64,000 bases of DNA from Eledone cirrhosa. Its lineage: Eukaryota. Below the pieces are notes generated by a model. That model was not told the origin of the DNA and did no database searches. It saw only the letters and a list, made by a program, of their open reading frames with translations. The stretch covers positions 248,124,001 to 248,188,000 of the forward strand of contig OZ024741.1 in assembly GCA_964016885.1 (NCBI GenBank), written 5' to 3'. The position numbers and the translations under genes were made by a program. Positions within the stretch are counted from its first letter, which is position 1; every line of letters starts with the position of its first letter. Shown piece by piece: positions 10,701-24,000 of the stretch.

Positions 10701-13100
10701 CCCTGATTTTTTTTACAAATTATCTACCCCTGATTTTTTTTACAAATTATCTCCCCCAGATTTTTTTTTACAAATTATCTACCCCTGATTTTTTTTTACA
10801 AATTATCTCCCCCTGATTTTTTTTTTACAAATTATCTTCCCCTGATTTTTTTACAAATTATCTCCCCGTGATTTTTTTTACAATCTCCGCCTGATTTTTT
10901 TAAAAATTATCTTCCCTTGGCTGGCGGGAAATTATCTCCCCTTGGACGGCTGGAAATTATCTCCCCTTGGAAGGATGGAAATTATCTCCCCTTGGACGGC
11001 TGGAAATTATCTCCCCTTGCACGGCTGGAAATTATCTCCCCTTGGCTGGAAATTATCTCCCCTTGGACGGCTAGAAATTATCTCTCTTTGGACGGCTGGA
11101 AATTATCACCCCTTGAGTTTTTTACAAATTATCTCCCCCTGATTTTTTTTACAAATCTCCCAGTGATTTTTTTTAAAAAATTATCTCCCCTTGGACGGCT
11201 GGAAATTATCTCCCCTTGGACGGCTGGAAATTATCTCTCCTTGGACGGCTAGAATTTACCTCTCCTTGGACGGCTGAAAATTATCTCCCCTTGGACGGCT
11301 GGAAATTATCTCCCCTTGATTTTTTTTACAAATTATCTCCCCCTGATTTTTTTTACAAATTATCTCCCTCTGATTTTTTTTACAAATTATCTCCCCCCTG
11401 ATTTTTTTACAAATTATCTCCCCTTGGCTGGCTGGAAATTATCTCCCCTTGGAGGCTGGAACTTATCTCCCCTTGGACGGCTAGAAATTACCTCTCCTTG
11501 GACGGCTGGAAAATATGTCTCCTTGGACGGCTGGATATTATCTCCCCTTGGACGGCTGGAAATTATCTCCCCTTGGACGGCTGGAAATTATCTCCCCTTG
11601 GATGGCTAGATATTACCTCCCCTTGGAAGGCTGGAAATTATCTCCCCTTGATTTCTTTTACAAATTATCTCCCCCTGATTTTTTTTTACAAATTATCTTC
11701 CCCTGATTTCTTTTTTAAAATTATCTCCCCCTGATTTTTGTTTACAAATTATCTCCGCCTGATTTTTTTTTAAAAATTATCTCCCCTTGGACGGCTGGAA
11801 ATTATCTCCCCTTCGACGGCTGGAAATTATATCTCCTTGGACGGCTAGAATTTACCTCTCCTTGGACGACTGAAAATTATCTCCCCTTGGACGGCTGGAA
11901 ATTATCTCCCCTTGGACGGCTGGAAATTATCTCCCCTTGGATGGCTAGATATTACCTCCCCTTGGACGGCTGGAAATTATCTCCCCTTGATTTTTTTTAC
12001 AAATTATCTCCCCCTGATTTTTTTTTACAAATTATCTCCCCCTGATTTTTTTTTACAAATTATCTCCCCCTGATTTTTTTTTACAAATTATCTCCCCCTG
12101 ATTTTTTTACAAATTATCTCCCCTTGGCTGGCTCGAAATTATCTCCCCTTGGAGGCTGGAACTTATCTCCCCTTGGACGGCTAGAAATTACCTCTCCTTG
12201 GACGGCTGGAAAATATGTCTCCTTGGACGGCTGGATATTATCTCCCCTTGGACGGCTGGAAATTATCTCCCCTTGGACGGCTGGAAATTATCTCCCCTTG
12301 GATGGCTAGATATTACCTCCCCTTGGACGGCTGGAAATTATCTCCCTTTGATTTTTTTTACAAATTATCTCCCCCTGATTTTTTTTTACAAATTATCTCC
12401 CCCTGATTTTTTTTTACAAATTATCTCCCCCTGATTTTTGGTTACAAATTATCTCCGCCTGATTTTTTTAAAAAAATTATCTCCCCTTGGACGGCTGGAA
12501 ATTATCTCCCCTTGGACGGCTAGAAATTACCTCTCCTTGGACGGCTGAAAATTATCTCCCCTTGGACGGCTGGAAATTATCTCCCATTGATTTTTTTACA
12601 AATTATCTCCCCCTGATTTTTTTTTTACAAATTATCTCCCCCTGATTTTTTTTACAAATTATCTACCCCTGATTTTTTTTACAAATTATCTCCCCCTGAT
12701 TTTTTTTACAAATTATCTCCCCCTGATTTTTTTTTTACAAATTATCTCCCCCTGATTTTTTTACAAATTATCTCCCCCTGATTTTTTTTACAAATTATCT
12801 CCGCCTGATTTTTTTAAATATTATCTTCTCTTGGCTGGCGGGAAATTATCTCCCCTTGGACGGCTGAAAATTATCTCCCCTTGGACGGCTGGAAATTATC
12901 TCCCCCTGATTTCTTTTTACAAATTATCTCCCCCTGATTTTTTTTACAAATTATCTCCCCCTGATTTTTTTTTACAAATTATCTCCCCCTGATTTTTTTA
13001 CAAATTATCTCCCCCTGATTTTTTTTACAAATTATCACCGCCTGATTTTTTAAAATATTATCTTCCCTTGGCAGGCGGGAAATTATCTCCCCTTGGACGG
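7750..13100 (+). repeat. Older, diverged relative of the central 5.9-kb HOR unit
   Basis: Diagnostic variants occur in the same order as in ~18.4-23.9 kb at offsets of ~10.5-10.85 kb: CCCACTGA 8036/18645, AAAATATCTTCCAC 8297/18906, CTCCACTTGG 9386/19969, CTGCCGCTG 10102/20767, CCCATGG 10546/21390. There are several monomer-block indels. Confidence 0.75.
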
Positions 13101-16100
13101 CTGGAAATTATCTGCCCTTGATTTACTTTTTACAAATTATCTTCCACTGATTTTTTTTACAAATTATCTCCACCTGATTTTTTAAAAAATTATCTCCCCT
13201 TGGAAGGCTGGAAATTATCTCCCCTTGGACGCTGGAAATTATAGCCCCTTGGAGGGCTGGAAATTATCTTCCCTTGGACGGCTGGAAATTATCTCCCCTT
13301 GATTTTTTTACAAATTATCTCCCCCTGATTTTTTTTACAAATTATCTCCCCCTGATTTTTTTTACAACTTATCTGCGCCTGATTTTTTTAAAAAAATTAT
13401 CTCCCCTTGGACGGCTGGAAATTATCTCCCCTTGGACGGCTGGAAATTATCTCTCCTTGGACGGCTAGAATTTACCTCTCCTTGGACGGCTGAAAATTAT
13501 CTCCCCTTGGACGGCTGGAAATTATCTCCCCTTGATTTTTTTTACAAATTATCTCCCCCTGATTTTTTTTACAAATTATCTCCCCCTGATTTTTTTTTAC
13601 AAATTATCTCCCCCTGATTTTTTTTACAAATTATCTCCCCCTGATTTTTTTACAAATTATCTCCCCTTGGCTGGCTGGAAATTATCTCCCCTTGGAGGCT
13701 GGAACTTATCTCCCCTTGGACGGCTAGAAATTACCTCTCCTTGGACGGCTGGAAAATATGTCTCTTTGGACGGCTGGATATTATCTCCCCTTGGACGGCT
13801 GGAAATTATCTCCCCTTGGACGGCTGGAAAATTATCTCCCCTTGGATGGCTAGATATTACCTCCCCTTGGACGGCTGGAAATTATCTCCCCTTGATTTTT
13901 TTTACAAATTATCTCCCCCTGATTTTTTTTTACAAATTATCTCCCCCTGATTTTTTTTTACAAATTATCTGCCCTTGGACGGCTGGAAATTATCTCCCCT
14001 TGGACGGCTAGAAATTACCGCTCCTTGGACGGCTGAAAATTATCTCCCCTTGGACGGCTGGAAATTATCTCCCCTTGATTTTTTTACAAATTATCTCCCC
14101 CTGATTTTTTTTTTACAAATCTCCCCCTGATTTTTTTTTACAAATTATCTACCCCTGATTTTCTTTTACAAATTATCTCCCCCTGATTTTTTTTTACAAA
14201 TTATCTACCCCTGATTTTTTTTTACAAATTATCTCCCCCTGATTTTTTTTACAAATTATCTCCCCCTGATTTTTATTTTACAAATTATCTCCCCCTGATT
14301 TTTTTACAAATTATCTCCCCCTGATTTTTTTTACAAATTATCTCCGCCTGATTTTTTTAAATATTATCTTCCCTTGGCTGGCGGGAAATTATCTACCCTT
14401 GGACGGCTGAAAATTATCTCCCCTTGGACGGCTGGAAATTATCTCCCCTTGATTTTTTTTACAAATTATCTCCCCCTGATTTTTTTTTACAAATTATCTC
14501 GCCTAGATTTTTTTTACAAATTATCTCCCCCTGATTTTTTTTTACAAATTATCTCCCCCTGATTTTTTTTACAAATTATCTCCCCCTGATTTTTTTACAA
14601 ATTATCTCCCCTTGGCTGGCTGGAAATTACCTCCCCTTGTAGGCTGGAATTTATTTCCCCTTGGACGGCTAGAAATTACCTCTCCTTGGACGGCTGGAAA
14701 ATATGTCTCCCTGGACGGCTGGATATTATCTCCCCTTGGACGGCTGGAAATTATCTCCCCTTGGACGGCTGGAAATTATCTCCCCTTGGACGGCTAGAAA
14801 TTATCTCTCCTTGGACGGCTGAAAATTATCTCCCCCTGATTCTTTTTACAAATTATCTACCCCTGATTTTTTTTACAAATTATCTCCCCCTGATTTTTTT
14901 TTACAAATTATCTCCCCCTGATTTTTTTTTACAAATTATCTCCCCCTGATTTTTTTTTTACAAATTATCTCCCCCTGATTTTTTTACAAAGTATCTCCCC
15001 CTGATTTTTTTTACAATCTCCGCCTGATTTTTTTAAAAATTATCTTCCCTTGGCTGGCGGGAAATTATCTCCCCTTGGACGGCTGGAAATTATCTCCCCT
15101 TGGAAGGATGGAAATTATCTCCCCTTGGACGGCTGGAAATTATCTCCCCTTGCACGGCTGGAAATTATCTCCCCTTGGACGGCTAGAAATTATCTCTCTT
15201 TGGACGGCTGGAAATTATCTCCCTTTGATTTTTTTTACAAATTATCTCCCTCTGATTTTTTTTACAAATCTCCCCCTGATTTTTAAAAAAAAATTATGTC
15301 CCCTTCGCTGGCTGGAAATTATCTACCCTTGGACACTGGAAATTATAGCCCCTTGGAGGGCTGGAAATTATCTTCCCTTGGACGGCTGGAAATTATCTCC
15401 CCTTGATTTTTTTTACAAATTATCTCCCCCTGATTTTTTTTTACAAATTATCTACCCCTGATTTTTTTTACAAATTATCTACCCCTGATTTTTTTTTATA
15501 AATTATCTCCCTCTGATTTTTTTTACAAATTATCTCCCCCTGATTTTTCTTTTACAAATTATCTCCCCCTGATTTGTTTTACAAATTATCTCCGCCTGAT
15601 TTTTTTAAATATTATCTTCCCTTGGCTGGCGGGAAATTATCTCCCCTTGGACGGCTGGAAATTATCTGCCCTTGATTTTCTTTTTACAAATTATCTTCCA
15701 CTGATTTTTTTTACAAATTATCTCCACCTGATTTTTTTAAAAATTATCTCAGCTAGGAAGGCTGGAAATTATCTCCCCTTGGACGGCTAGAAATTATCTC
15801 TCTTTGGACGGCTGGAAATTATCACCCCTTGAGTTTTTTACAAATTATCTCCCCCTGATTTTTTTTACAAATCTCCCAGTGATTTTTAAAAAAAAATTAT
15901 CTCCCCTTCGCTGGCTGGAAATTATCTCCCCTTGGACGCTGGAAATTATAGCCCCTTGGAGGGCTGGAAATTATCTTCCCTTGGACGGCTGGAAATTATC
16001 TCCCCTTGATTTTTTTTACAAATTATCTCCCCCTGATTTTTTTTTACAAATTATCTCCCCCTGATTTTTTTTTACAACTTATCTGCGCCTGATTTTTTTT

Positions 16101-18059
16101 TAAAAATTATCTCCCCTTGGACGGCTGGAAATTATCTCCCCTTGGACGGCTGGAAATTATCTCCCCTTGATTTTTTTTACAAATTATCTCCCCCTGATTT
16201 TTTTTTACAAATTATCTCCCCCTGATTTTTTTTTACAAATTATCTCCCCCTGATTTTTTTTTACAGATTATCTCCCCCTGATTTTTTTTACAAATTATCT
16301 CCCCCTGATTTTTTTACAAATTATCTCCCCTTGGCTGGCTGGAACTTATCTCCCCTTGGACGGCTAGAAATTACCTCTCCTTGGACGGCTGGAAAATATG
16401 TCTCCTTGGACGGCTGGATATTATCTCCCCTTGGACGGCTGGAAATTATCTCCCCTTGGACGGCTGGAAATTATCTCCCCTTGGATGGCTAGATATTACC
16501 TCCCCTTGGACGGCTGGAAATTATCTCCCCTTGATTTTTTTTACAAATTATCTCCCTCTGATTTTTTTTTACAAATTATCTCCCCCTGATTTTTTTTTAC
16601 AAATTATCTACCCCTGATTTTTTTTTACAAATTATCTCCCCCTGATTTTTTTTACAAATTATCTCCCCCTGATTTTTTTTTTAAAATTATCTCCCCTTGG
16701 ACGGCTGGAAATTATCTCCCCTTGGACGGCTAGAAATTACCTCTCCTTGGACGGCTGAAAATTATCTCCCCTTGGACGGCTGGAAATTATCTCCCCTTGA
16801 TTTTTTTACAAATTATCTCCCCCTGATTTTTTTTTTACAAATTATCTCCCCCTGATTTTTTTTTACAAATTATCTACCCCTGATTTTTTTTTACAAATTA
16901 TCTCCCCCTGATTTTTTTTACAAATTATCTCCCCCTGATTTTTTTTTACAAATTATCTCCCCCTAATTTTTTTTACAAATTATCTCCGCCTGATTTTTTT
17001 AAATATTATCTCTCCTTGGCTGGCGGGAAATTATCTCCCCTTGGACGGCTGGAAATTATCTCCCCTTGGAAGGATGGAAATTATCTCCCCATGGACGGCT
17101 GGAAATTATCTACCCCTGATTTTTTTACAAATTATCTCCCCCTGATTTTTTTTTTACAAATTATCTCCCCCTGATTTTTTTTTACAAATTATCTCCCCCT
17201 GATTTTTTTACAAATTATCTCCCCCTGATTTTTTTTTTACAAATTATCTCCCCCTGATTTTTTTACAAATTATCTCCCCCTGATTTTTTTTAAAATTATC
17301 TCCGCCTGATTTTGTTAAATATTTTCTTCCCTTGGCTGGCGGGAAATTATCTCCCCTTGGACGGCTGAAAATTATCTCCCCTTGGACGGCTGGAAATTAT
17401 CTCCCCTTGATTTTTTTTACAAATTATCTCCCCCTGATTTTTTTTTACAAATTATCTCCCCCTGATTTTTTTACAAATTATCTCCCCCTGATTTTTTTTT
17501 ACAAATTATCTCCCCCTGATTTTTTTTACAAATTATCTCCCTCTGATTTTTTTACAAATTATCTCCCCTTGGCTGGCTGGAAATTACCTCCCCTTGGAGG
17601 CTGGAATTTATCTCCCCTTGGACGGCTAGAAATTACCTCTCCTTGGACGGCTGGAAAATATGTCTCCTTGGACGGCTGGATATTATCTCCCCTTGGACGG
17701 CTGGAAATTATCTCCCCTTGGACGGCTGGAAATTATCTCCCCTTGGACGGATAGATATTACCTCCCCTTGGACGGCTGGAAATTATCTCCCCCTTGATTT
17801 TTTTACAAATTATCTCCCCCTGATTTATTTTACAAATCTCCCAATGATTTTTAAAAAAAAATTATCTCCCCTTCGCTGGCTGGAAATTATCTCCCCTTGG
17901 ACGCTGGAAATTATAGCCCCTTGGAGGGCTGGAAATTATCTTCCCTTGGACGGCTGGAAATTATCTCCCCTTGATTTTTTTTACAAATTATCTCCCCCTG
18001 ATTTTTTTTACAAATTATCTCCCCCTGATTTTTATTACAAATTATCTACCCCTGATTTT

Positions 18060-21000
18060 TTTTACAAATTATCTCCCCCTGATTTTTTTTTACAAATTAT
18101 CTCCCCCTGATTTTTTTTTACAAATTATCTCCCCCTGATTTTTTTCTTACAAATTATCTCCCCCTGATTTTTTTACAAATTATCTACCCCTGATTTTTTT
18201 TACAATCTCCGCCTGATTTTTTTATAAATTATCTTCCCTTGGCTGGCTGGAAATTATCTCCCCTTGGACACTGGAAATTATAGCCCCTTGGAGGGCTGGA
18301 AATTATCTTCCCTTGGACGGCTGGAAATTATCTACCCCTGATTTCTTTTACAAATTATCTCCCCCTGATTTTTTTTACAAATCTCCCCCTGATTTTTTAA
18401 AAAAAAATTATCTCCTCTTCGCTGGCTGGAAATTATCTCCCCTTGGACACTGGAAATTATCGCCCCTTGGAGGGCTGGAAATTATCTTCTCTTGGACGGC
18501 TGGAAATTATCTCCCCTTGATTTTTTTTACAAATTATCTCCGCCTGATTTTTTTTTAAATTATCTCTCCTTGGACGGCTGGAAATTATCTCCCCTTGATT
18601 TTTTTACAAATTATTTCCCCCTGATTTCTTTTTACAAATTATCTCCCACTGATTTTTTTTTACAAATTATCTACCCCTGATTTTTTTTTACAAATTATCT
18701 CCCCCTGATTTTTTTTACAAATTATCTCACCCTGATTTTTCTTTTACAAATTATCTCCCCCTGATTTTTTTACAAATTATCTCCCCCTGATTTTTTTTAC
18801 AAATTATCTCCGCCTGATTTTTTTAAATATTATCTTCCCTTGGCTGGCGGGAAATTATCTCCCCTTGGACGGCTGGAAATTATCTGCCCTTGATTTTCTT
18901 TTTACAAAATATCTTCCACTGATTTTTTTTACAAATTATCTCCACCTGATTTTTTAAAAAATTATCTCCCCTTCGAAGGCTGGAAATTATCTCCCCTTGG
19001 CTGGAAATTATCTCCCCTTGGACGGCTAGAAATTATCTCTCTTTGGACGGCTGGAAATTATCACCCCTTGAGTTTTTTTTACAAATTATCCCCCCCTGAT
19101 TTTTTTTACAAATCTCCCAGTGATTTTTTAAAAAAAATTATCCCCCCTTCGCTGGCTGGAAATTATCTCCCCTTGGACGCTGGAAATTATAGCCCCTTAG
19201 AGGGCTGGAAATTATCTTCCCTTGGACGGCTAGAAATTATCTCCCCTTGATTTTTTTTACAAATTATCTCCCCCTGATTTTTTTTACAAATTATCTCCCC
19301 CTGATTTTTTTTACAACTTATCTGCGCCTGATTTTTTTAAAAAAATTATCTCCCCTTGGACGGCTGGAAATTATCTCCCCTTGGACGGCTGGAAATTATC
19401 TCTCCTTGGACGGCTAGAATTTACCTCTCCTTGGACGGCTGAAAATTATCTCCCCTTGGACGGCTGGAAATTACCTCCCCTTGATTTTTTTTACAAATTA
19501 TCTCCCCCTGATTTTTTTTTACAAATTATTTCCCCCTGATTTTTTTTTACAAATTATCTCCCCCTGATTTTTTTTTACAAATTATCTCCCCCTGATTTTT
19601 TTTACAAATTATCTCCCCCTGATTTTTTTACAAATTATCTACCCTTGGCTGGCTGGAAATTATCTCCCCTTGGAGGCTGGAACTTATCTCCCCTTGGACG
19701 GCTAGAAATTACCTCTCCTTGGACGGCTGGAAAATATGTCTCCTTGGACGGCTGGAAATTATCTCCCCTTGGACGGCTGGAAATTATCTCCCTTGGACGG
19801 CTGGAAATTATCTCCCCTTGATTTTTTTTACAAATTATCTCCCCCTGATTTTTTTTACAAATTATCTCCGCCTGATTTTTTTTTAAAAATTATCTCCCCT
19901 TGGACGGCTGGAAATTATCTCCCCTTGGACGGCTAGAAATTACCTCTCCTTGGACGGCTGAAAATTATCTCCACTTGGACGGCTGGAAATTATCTCCCCT
20001 TGATTTTTTTACAAATTATCTCCCCCTGATTTTTTTTTACAAATTATCTACCCCTGATTTTTTTTTACAAATTATCTACCCCTGATTTTTTTTTACAAAT
20101 TATCTCCCCCTGATTTTTTTTACAAATTATCTCCCCCTGATTTTTTTTTTACAAATTATCTCCCCCTGATTTTTTTACAAATTATCTCCCCCTGATTTTT
20201 TTTACAAATTATCTCCGCCTGATTTTTTTAAATATTATCTCTCCTTGGCTGGCGGGAAATTATCTCCCCTTGGACGGCTGGGAATTATCTCCACTTGGAA
20301 GGATGGAAATTATCTCCCCTTGGACGGCTGGAAATTATCTACCCCTGATTTTTTTTACAAATTATCTCCCCCTGATTTTTTTTACAAATTATCTCCCCCT
20401 GATTTTTTTTTACAAATTATCTACCCCTGATTTTTTTTACAAATTATCTCCCCTGATTTTTTTTACAAATTATCTCCCCCTGATTTTTTTTTTACAAATT
20501 ATCTCCCCCTGATTTTATTACAAATTATCTCCCCCTGATTTTTTTTACAAATTATCTCCGCCTGATTTTTTAAAATATTATCTTCCCTTGGCTGGCGGGA
20601 AATTATCTCCCCTTGGACGGCTGAAAATTATCTCCCCTTGGACGGCTGGAAATTATCTCCCCTTGATTTTTTTTACAAATTATCTCCCCCTGATTTTTTT
20701 TTACAAATTATCTCCCCCTGATTTTTTTTACAAATTATCTCCCCCTGATTTTTTTTTACAAATTATCTGCCGCTGATTTTTTTTACAAATTATCTCCCCC
20801 TGATTTTTTTACAAATTATCTCCCCTTGGCTGGCTGGAAATTACCTCCCCTTGGAGGCTGGAATTTATCTCCCCTTGGACGGCTAGAAATTACCTCTCCT
20901 TGGACGGCTGGAAAATATGTCTCCTTGGACGGCTGGATATTATCTCCCCTTGGACGGCTGGAAATTATCTCCCCTTGGACGGCTGGAAATTATCTCCCCT

Positions 21001-24000
21001 TGGACGGATAGATATTACCTCCCCTTGGACGGCTGGAAATTATCTCCCCTTGATTTTTTTTACAAATTATCTCCCCCTGATTTTTTTTACAAATCTCCCA
21101 ATGATTTTTTAAAAAAATTATCTCCCCTTCGCTGGCTGGAAATTATCTCCCCTTGGACGCTGGAAATTATAGCCCCTTGGAGGGCTGGAAATTATCTTCC
21201 CTTGGACGGTTGGAAATTATCTCCCCTTGATTTTTTTTTACAAATTATCTCCCCCTGATTTTTTTTTACAAATTATCTCCCCCTGATTTTTTTTTACAAA
21301 TTATCTCCCCCTGATTTTTTTTTTTACAAATTATCTCCGCCTGATTTTTTAAAAAAATTGTCTCCCCTTGGACGGCTGGAAATTATCTCCCCATGGACGG
21401 CTGGAAATTATCTCCCCTTGGACGGCTAGAAATTATCTCTCCTTGGACGGCTGAAAATTATCTCCCCTTGGACGGCTGCAAATTATCTCCCCTTGATTTT
21501 TTTTATAAATTATCTCCCCCTGATTTTTTTTACAAATTATCTCCCCCTGATTTTTTTTACAAATTATCTACCCCTGATTTTTTTTACAAATTATCTCCCC
21601 CTGATTTTTTTTTACAAATTATCTACCCCTGATTTTTTTTTACAAATTATCTCCCCCTGATTTTTTTTTTACAAATTATCTTCCCCTGATTTTTTTACAA
21701 ATTATCCCCCCCTGATTTTTTTTACAATCTCCGCCTGATTTTTTTAAAAATTATCTTCCCTTGGCTGGCGGGAAATTATCTCCCCTTGGACGGCTGGAAA
21801 TTATCTCCCCTTGGAAGGATGGAAATTATCTCCCCTTGGACGGCTGGAAATTATCTCCCCTTGCACGGCTGGAAATTATCTCCCCTTGGCTGGAAATTAT
21901 CTCCCCTTGGACGGCTAGAAATTATCTCTCTTTGGACGGCTGGAAATTATCACCCCTTGAGTTTTTTTACAAATTATCTCCCCCTGATTTTTTTTACAAA
22001 TCTCCCAGTGATTTTTTAAAAAAAATTATCTCCCCTTGGACGGCTGGAAATTATCTTCCCTTGGACGGCTGGAAATTATCTATCCTTGGACGGCTAGAAT
22101 TTACCTCTCCTTGGACGGCTGGAAAATATGTCTCCTTGGACGGCTGGATATTATCTCCCCTTGGACGGCTGGAAATTATCTCCCCTTGGACGGCTGGAAA
22201 TTATCTCCCCTTGGATGGCTAGATATTACCTCCCCTTGGACGGCTGGAAATTATCTCCCCTTGATTTTTTTTACAAATTATCTCCCCCTGATTTTTTTTA
22301 CAAATTATCTCCCCCTGATTTTTGTTTACAAATTATCTCCGCCTGATTTTTTTTTAAAAATTATCTCCCCTTGGACGGCTGGAAATTATCTCCCCTTGCA
22401 CGGCTGGAAATTATATCTCCTTGGACGGCTAGAATTTACCTCTCCTTGGACGGCTGAAAATTATCTCCCCTTGGACGGCTGGAAATTAACTCCCCTTGAT
22501 TTTTTTTACAAATTATCTCCCCCTGATTTTTTTTTACAAATTATCTCCCCCTGATTTTTTTTACAAATTATCTCCCCCTGATTTTTTTTTACAAATTATC
22601 TCCCCCTGATTTTTTTACAAATTATCTCCCCTTGGCTGGCTGGAAATTATCTCCCCTTGGAGGCTGGAACTTATCTCCCCTTGGACGGCTAGAAATTACC
22701 TCTCCTTGGACGGCTGGAAAATATGTCTCCTTGGACGGCTGGATATTATCTCCCCTTGGACGGCTGGAAATTATCTCCCCTTGGACGGCTGGAAATTATC
22801 TCCCCTTGGATGGCTAGATATTACCTCCCCTTGGACGGCTGGAAATTATCTCCCTTTGATTTTTTTTACAAATTATCTCCCCCTGATTTTTTTTACAAAT
22901 TATCTCCTCCTGATTTTTGTTTACAAATTATCTCCGCCTGATTTTTTTTAAAAAATTATCTCCCCTTGGACGGCTGGAAATTATCTCCCCTTGGACGGCT
23001 AGAAATTACCTCTCCTTGGACGGCTGAAAATTATCTCCCCTTGGACGGCTGGAAATTATCTCCCCTTGATTTTTTTACAAATTATCTCCCCCTGATTTTT
23101 TTTTACAAATTATCTCCCCCTGATTTTTTTTTACAAATTATCTACCCCTGATTTTTTTTTACAAATTATCTCCCCCTGATTTTTTTTACAAATTATCTCC
23201 CCCTGATTTTTTTTTTACAAATTATCTCCCCCTGATTTTTTTACAAATTATCTCCCCCTGATTTTTTTTACAAATTATCTCCGCCTGATTTTTTTAAATA
23301 TTATCTCTCCTTGGCTGGCGGGAAATTATCTCCCCTTGGACGGCTGGAAATTATCTCCCCTTGGAAGGATGGAAATTATCTCCCCTTGGACGGCTGGAAA
23401 TTATCTACCCCTGCTTTTTTTTACAAATTATCTCCCCCTGATTTTTTTTACAAATTATCTCCCCCTGATTTTTTTTACAAATTATCTACCCCTGATTTTT
23501 TTTACAAATTATCTCCCCCTGATTTTTTTTACAAATTATCTCCCCCTGATTTTTTTTTTACAAATTATCTCCCCCTGATTTTTTTACAAATTATCTCCCC
23601 CTGATTTTTTTTACAAATTATCTCCGCCTGATTTTTTTAAATATTATCTTCCTTTGGCTGGCGGGAAATTATCTCCCCTTGGACGGCTGAAAATTATCTC
23701 CCCTTGGACGGCTGGAAATTATCTCCCCTTGATTTTTTTTACAAATTATCTCCCCCTGATTTTTTTTTACAAATTATCTCCCCCTGATTTTTTTTACAAA
23801 TTATCTCCCCCTGATTTTTTTTTACAAATTATCTTCCCCTGATTTTTTTACAAATTATCTCCCCCTGATTTTTTTTACAAATTATCTCCGCCTGATTTTT
23901 TAAAATATTATCTTCCCTTGGCTGGCGGGAAATTATCTCCCCTTGGACGGCTGGAAATTATCTCCCCTTGATTTTTTTTACAAATTATCTCCCCCTGATT

